Origin: Hemiscyllium ocellatum
Lineage: Eukaryota
Direction: 5' to 3'
NCBI RefSeq assembly: GCF_020745735.1
Contig: NW_026867526.1
Coordinates: 1,218,416 to 1,282,415 of the forward strand
Length of the DNA stretch: 64,000 bases
Numbering within the stretch: position 1 is the first letter of the stretch; every line of letters begins with the position of its first letter. A program made the translations under genes and the position numbers. The notes beneath the pieces were generated by a model. That model was not told the DNA's origin. It searched no databases and saw only the letters and a program-made list of their open reading frames with translations. Positions 60,628 through 64,000 of this stretch are shown here, in pieces.

Positions 60628-63030
60628 GGAGAAAGTGAGGACTGCAGATGCTGGAGATCAGAGCTGAAAATGTGTTGCTGGAAAAGGGCAGCAGGTCAGG
60701 CAGCATCCAAGGAGCAGGAGAGTCGACATTTTGGGCATGAGCTCTTCTTCAGGAATGAGGAAAGTGTGTCCAGGAGGCTAAGATAAAAGGTAGGGAGGAG
60801 GGACTTGGGGGAGGCGCGTTGGAAATGGAAGGAGGTCAAGGTGAGGGTGATAGGCCGGAGTGGGGGGGGGGCGAGAGGTCAGGAAGAAGATTGCAGGTTA
60901 GGAAGGTGGTGCTGAGTTCGAGGGATTTGACTGAGACAAGGTGGGGGAAATGAGGAAGCTGGAGAAATCTAGGTTCATCCCTTGTGGTTGGAGGGTTCCT
61001 AGGCGGAAGATGAGGCGCTCTTCCTCCAGGCGTCGTGTTGCTATGACCTGGCGGATCTGCATGTCCTTGGTGGAGTGGGAGGGGGAGTTGAAGTGTTGAG
61101 CCACGGGGTGGTTGGATTGGTTGGTCCGGATGTCCAAGAGATGTTCTCTGAAACATTCTGTAAGTAGGCGGCCTGTCTCCCCAATACAGAAGAGGTCACA
61201 TCGGGTGCAGCGGATGCAGTAAATGATGTGTGTGGAGGTGCAGGTGAATTTGTGGTGGATATGGAAGGATCCCTTGGGGCCTTGGAAGGAAGTAAGGTGG
61301 GAGGTGTGGGCGCAAGTTTTGCATTTCTTGCGTTGCAGGGGAAAGTGCCAGGAGTGGAGGTTGGGTTGGTGGGGGGGTGTGGACCTGACAAGGGAGTCAC
61401 AGAGGGAGTGGTCTTTTTGGAACGCTGTTAGGGGAGGGGAGGGAAATATATCTCTGGTGGTGGGGTCCTTTTGGAGGTGGCGGAAATGACGACGGATGAT
61501 ACAATGTACATGGAGGTTGGTGGGGTGGTAGGTGATGACAGTGGGATTCTGTCCTGGTGGCGATTGGAAGGGCGGGGCTCAAGGTCGGAGGAGCGGGAAG
61601 TGGAAGAGATGCGGTGGAGGGCATCGTCGATCACGTCTGGGGGGAAATGCGGTCTTTGAAGAAGGAGGCCATCTGGGTTGTACGGTATTGGAACTGGTCC
61701 TCCTGGGAGCAGATGCGGCGGAGACGAAGGATTGGGAGTATGGGATGGCGTTTTTACAGGGGGCAGGGTGGGAGGAAGTGTAGTCTAGGTAGTTGTGGGA
61801 GTCGGTCGGTTTATAGCAAATGTCCGTGTTGATTCGGTCGCCCGAGATAGAAATGGAAAGGTCTAGGAAGGGGAGGGAGGAGTCTGAGATGATTCAGGTA
61901 AATTTGAAGTCGGGGTGGAAGGTGCTGGTAAAGTGGATGAACTGTTCAACCTGCCTCCACAAGGCAGCGCCGATACAGTCATCGATGTAGCGGAGGAAAA
62001 GGTGGGGGGTGGTGCCAGTGTAGCTGTGGAAGATATATCCTATGAAGAGGCAGGCATAGCTGGGGCCCATGTGGGTGCCCATGGCTACTCCTTGGTTTGG
62101 AGGAAGTGGGAGGATTGGAAAGAGAAGTTATTCAGGGTGAGGACCAGTTCAGTCAGTCAAAGGAGGGTGTCAGTGGAAGGGTACTGGTTGGTACGGCAGG
62201 AAAGGAAGAAGCAGAGGGCTATGAGTCCTTCGTGATGGGGGTTGGACGTGTCCAGGCACTGAATGTCCATGGTGAAGATAAGGCGTTGGGGACCAGGGAA
62301 GTGAAAATCATGGAGGAGGTAGAGGGCATGGGTGGTGTCCCGAACGTAGATGGGGAGTTCTTGGACTAAGGGGGTCAGGACCGTGTCGAGGTATGCAGAG
62401 ATGAGTTCTCTGGGGCAGGAGCAGGCTGAGACAATGGGTCGGCGGGGGCAGTCAGATTTGTGGATTTTGGGCAGGAGGTAGAAACGGGCGGTGCGGGGTT
62501 GTGGGACTATGAGGTTGGAGACGGGGAATGGGAGATCCTCTGAGGTGATGAGGTTATGGATGGTCTGGGAGATGATGGTTTGGTGGTGGGAGGTGGAGCC
62601 ATGGTCAAGGGGGCAGTCGGAGGAGGTGTCCGCGAGCTGGCGTTTAGCCTCAGCGGTGTAAAGGTCGGTGCGCCAAACTACTACCGCGCCTCCCTTGTCT
62701 GCCGGTTTGATAGTGAGGTTGGGGTTGGAACAGAAGGAGTGGAGGGCTGCACATTCCCAGGGTGAGGGGTTGGAGGGGGTGAGAGATTGAGGCGGTTAAT
62801 GTCGCGGCGGCAGTTGGCTATGAAGAGATCGAGGGCAGGTAAGAGGCCAGCAGGAGGTGTCCAGGTGGATGGGGTGTGTTGGAGGTGGGAGAAGGGGTCG
62901 TCAGAGGGTGGGGGAGAGTACTGGTTGAAGAAGTAGGCACGGAGGTGAAGGCGGCAGAAGAATTGTTCGATGTCTCGCCGCATGTTGAACTCCTTAATCC
63001 GAGAGCGTAGGGGAATGAAGGTGAGGCCTT
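60628..63030 (-). mobile_element. Penelope-like element (RT + GIY-YIG endonuclease), decayed, with terminal repeat
   Basis: ORF fragments MGTHMGPSYACLF...LFLRYIDDCIG (RT YIDD) and HPVAQHFNSPSH...EEERLIFRLGTLQPQGMN (GIY-YIG C-terminus); terminal repeat at 60628-60960. Confidence 0.9.
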
Positions 63031-63447
63031 GTACAGCTTGGGGAAGGTAGAAAGGGACAGTGGTAGTGTCTTTACCTCTGAGCTAGGAGATTCAGTTTCG
63101 AGTCCCACCTGGTCCAGAGGAGTACCGTACCATCACTGAACAGGTTGGTTGAGAAACTATCTCCAAGGTGTTTTCCCCTCTCCTGAAATGACTGAGTTAA
63201 TCCTGAATAGACATTCCAACAACACCTCTGCACCTGAATGGCACTGTCTCTTCTCAATCTAATTTTTCTTCCTTCCATCCGAACCTCTTTTGGGAGCTTT
63301 ACAGCATTCACTTTACCCCGGGGAAGTGAGTTCTGCAGCTTTTACACACTTTTACATTTGTGTCTTTGCCAGTTTTTTGAAAATCAAGGACCAATCAACC
63401 TGAAACAGCAGCAGGAATTTATCTTCTTGGATACACAATATAACCTT

Positions 63448-63497
63448 ACACACACACACACACAACACACCACACACACACACACACACACACACAC
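63448..63497. repeat. (CA)n microsatellite
   Basis: Interrupted CA run of ~50 nt. Confidence 0.95.
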
Positions 63498-64000
63498 GGA
63501 CTGGACCCTGATCTCGGATGATGACCTCTGCAGGGAGACAGACATCAACTGCAAATAACCTCTTGGATCTTCCTGTCCATCGACAGCATTGGTCTGTTTG
63601 GGTGCCTGCTTTTCTAAACCTTGTCCAAGCAACAAATGATGATAGATTCATAACAGTTTTCCTCCAATCCATGTTTAAGGCATGTGTTTGTGTTATTTTT
63701 CACTGACTATTGATTTAATCTTCTAAAATGGGGGTGGCTTCCATCTCAGATGACCACACCAGCGTGCCTTGGGGACCCTGAGGAAATGATTAGGGAAGTG
63801 TATCTGTACCATTCCACTTCTGCACCCTGTACCGCCAGATACTGCTCCCTCAGTATCTCAGAAAGCACCTCCTCAGTATGTTATCCCAAAGCACTCGACA
63901 GAACATTCATACCCTCAACACCTCAGAAAACAAACTGTTACCCCTTGGACCGTGTTCATCCCCAAACCTGTTCTCACTGTGGTGACCCACAGCCACCCCC

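Noticed and set aside
63050-64000. Possible coding or retroelement remnant at the window end
   Set aside because: No recognisable motif; the ORFs run through the CA microsatellite and the sequence is cut by the window edge.

Overview
Cartilaginous-fish (shark) genomic DNA containing one apparently intact IgM heavy-chain minilocus on the minus strand. Order: TATA promoter (~32680), leader (32544-32592), VH (32107-32415), a single free D (31723-31737), JH (31282-31329), Cmu1-Cmu4/secretory tail (21113-14263), TM1 (8889-9016) and TM2 (8741-8749). All splice sites are GT-AG and in phase, and no exon has a stop or frameshift. The V-D-J block is atypical: only one free D (12/12 RSS, D2-type) lies between V and J, and the V carries extra GGGT before its 22-bp RSS. 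This suggests a partially germline-joined VD1-D2-J gene. The rest of the window is dense with retroelements: two young CR1 LINEs (one with an intact 967-aa ORF2), many decayed CR1 fragments, tRNA-derived HE1/V-SINE-like SINEs, and Penelope-like elements whose termini carry minimal hammerhead-ribozyme motifs. Other notable structure includes a 45-bp tandem repeat just downstream of JH, a G-rich 46-bp minisatellite and several candidate lymphoid regulatory elements. Boundaries of old repeats are approximate (read by eye). Family names and literature statements come from recall, not database searches.
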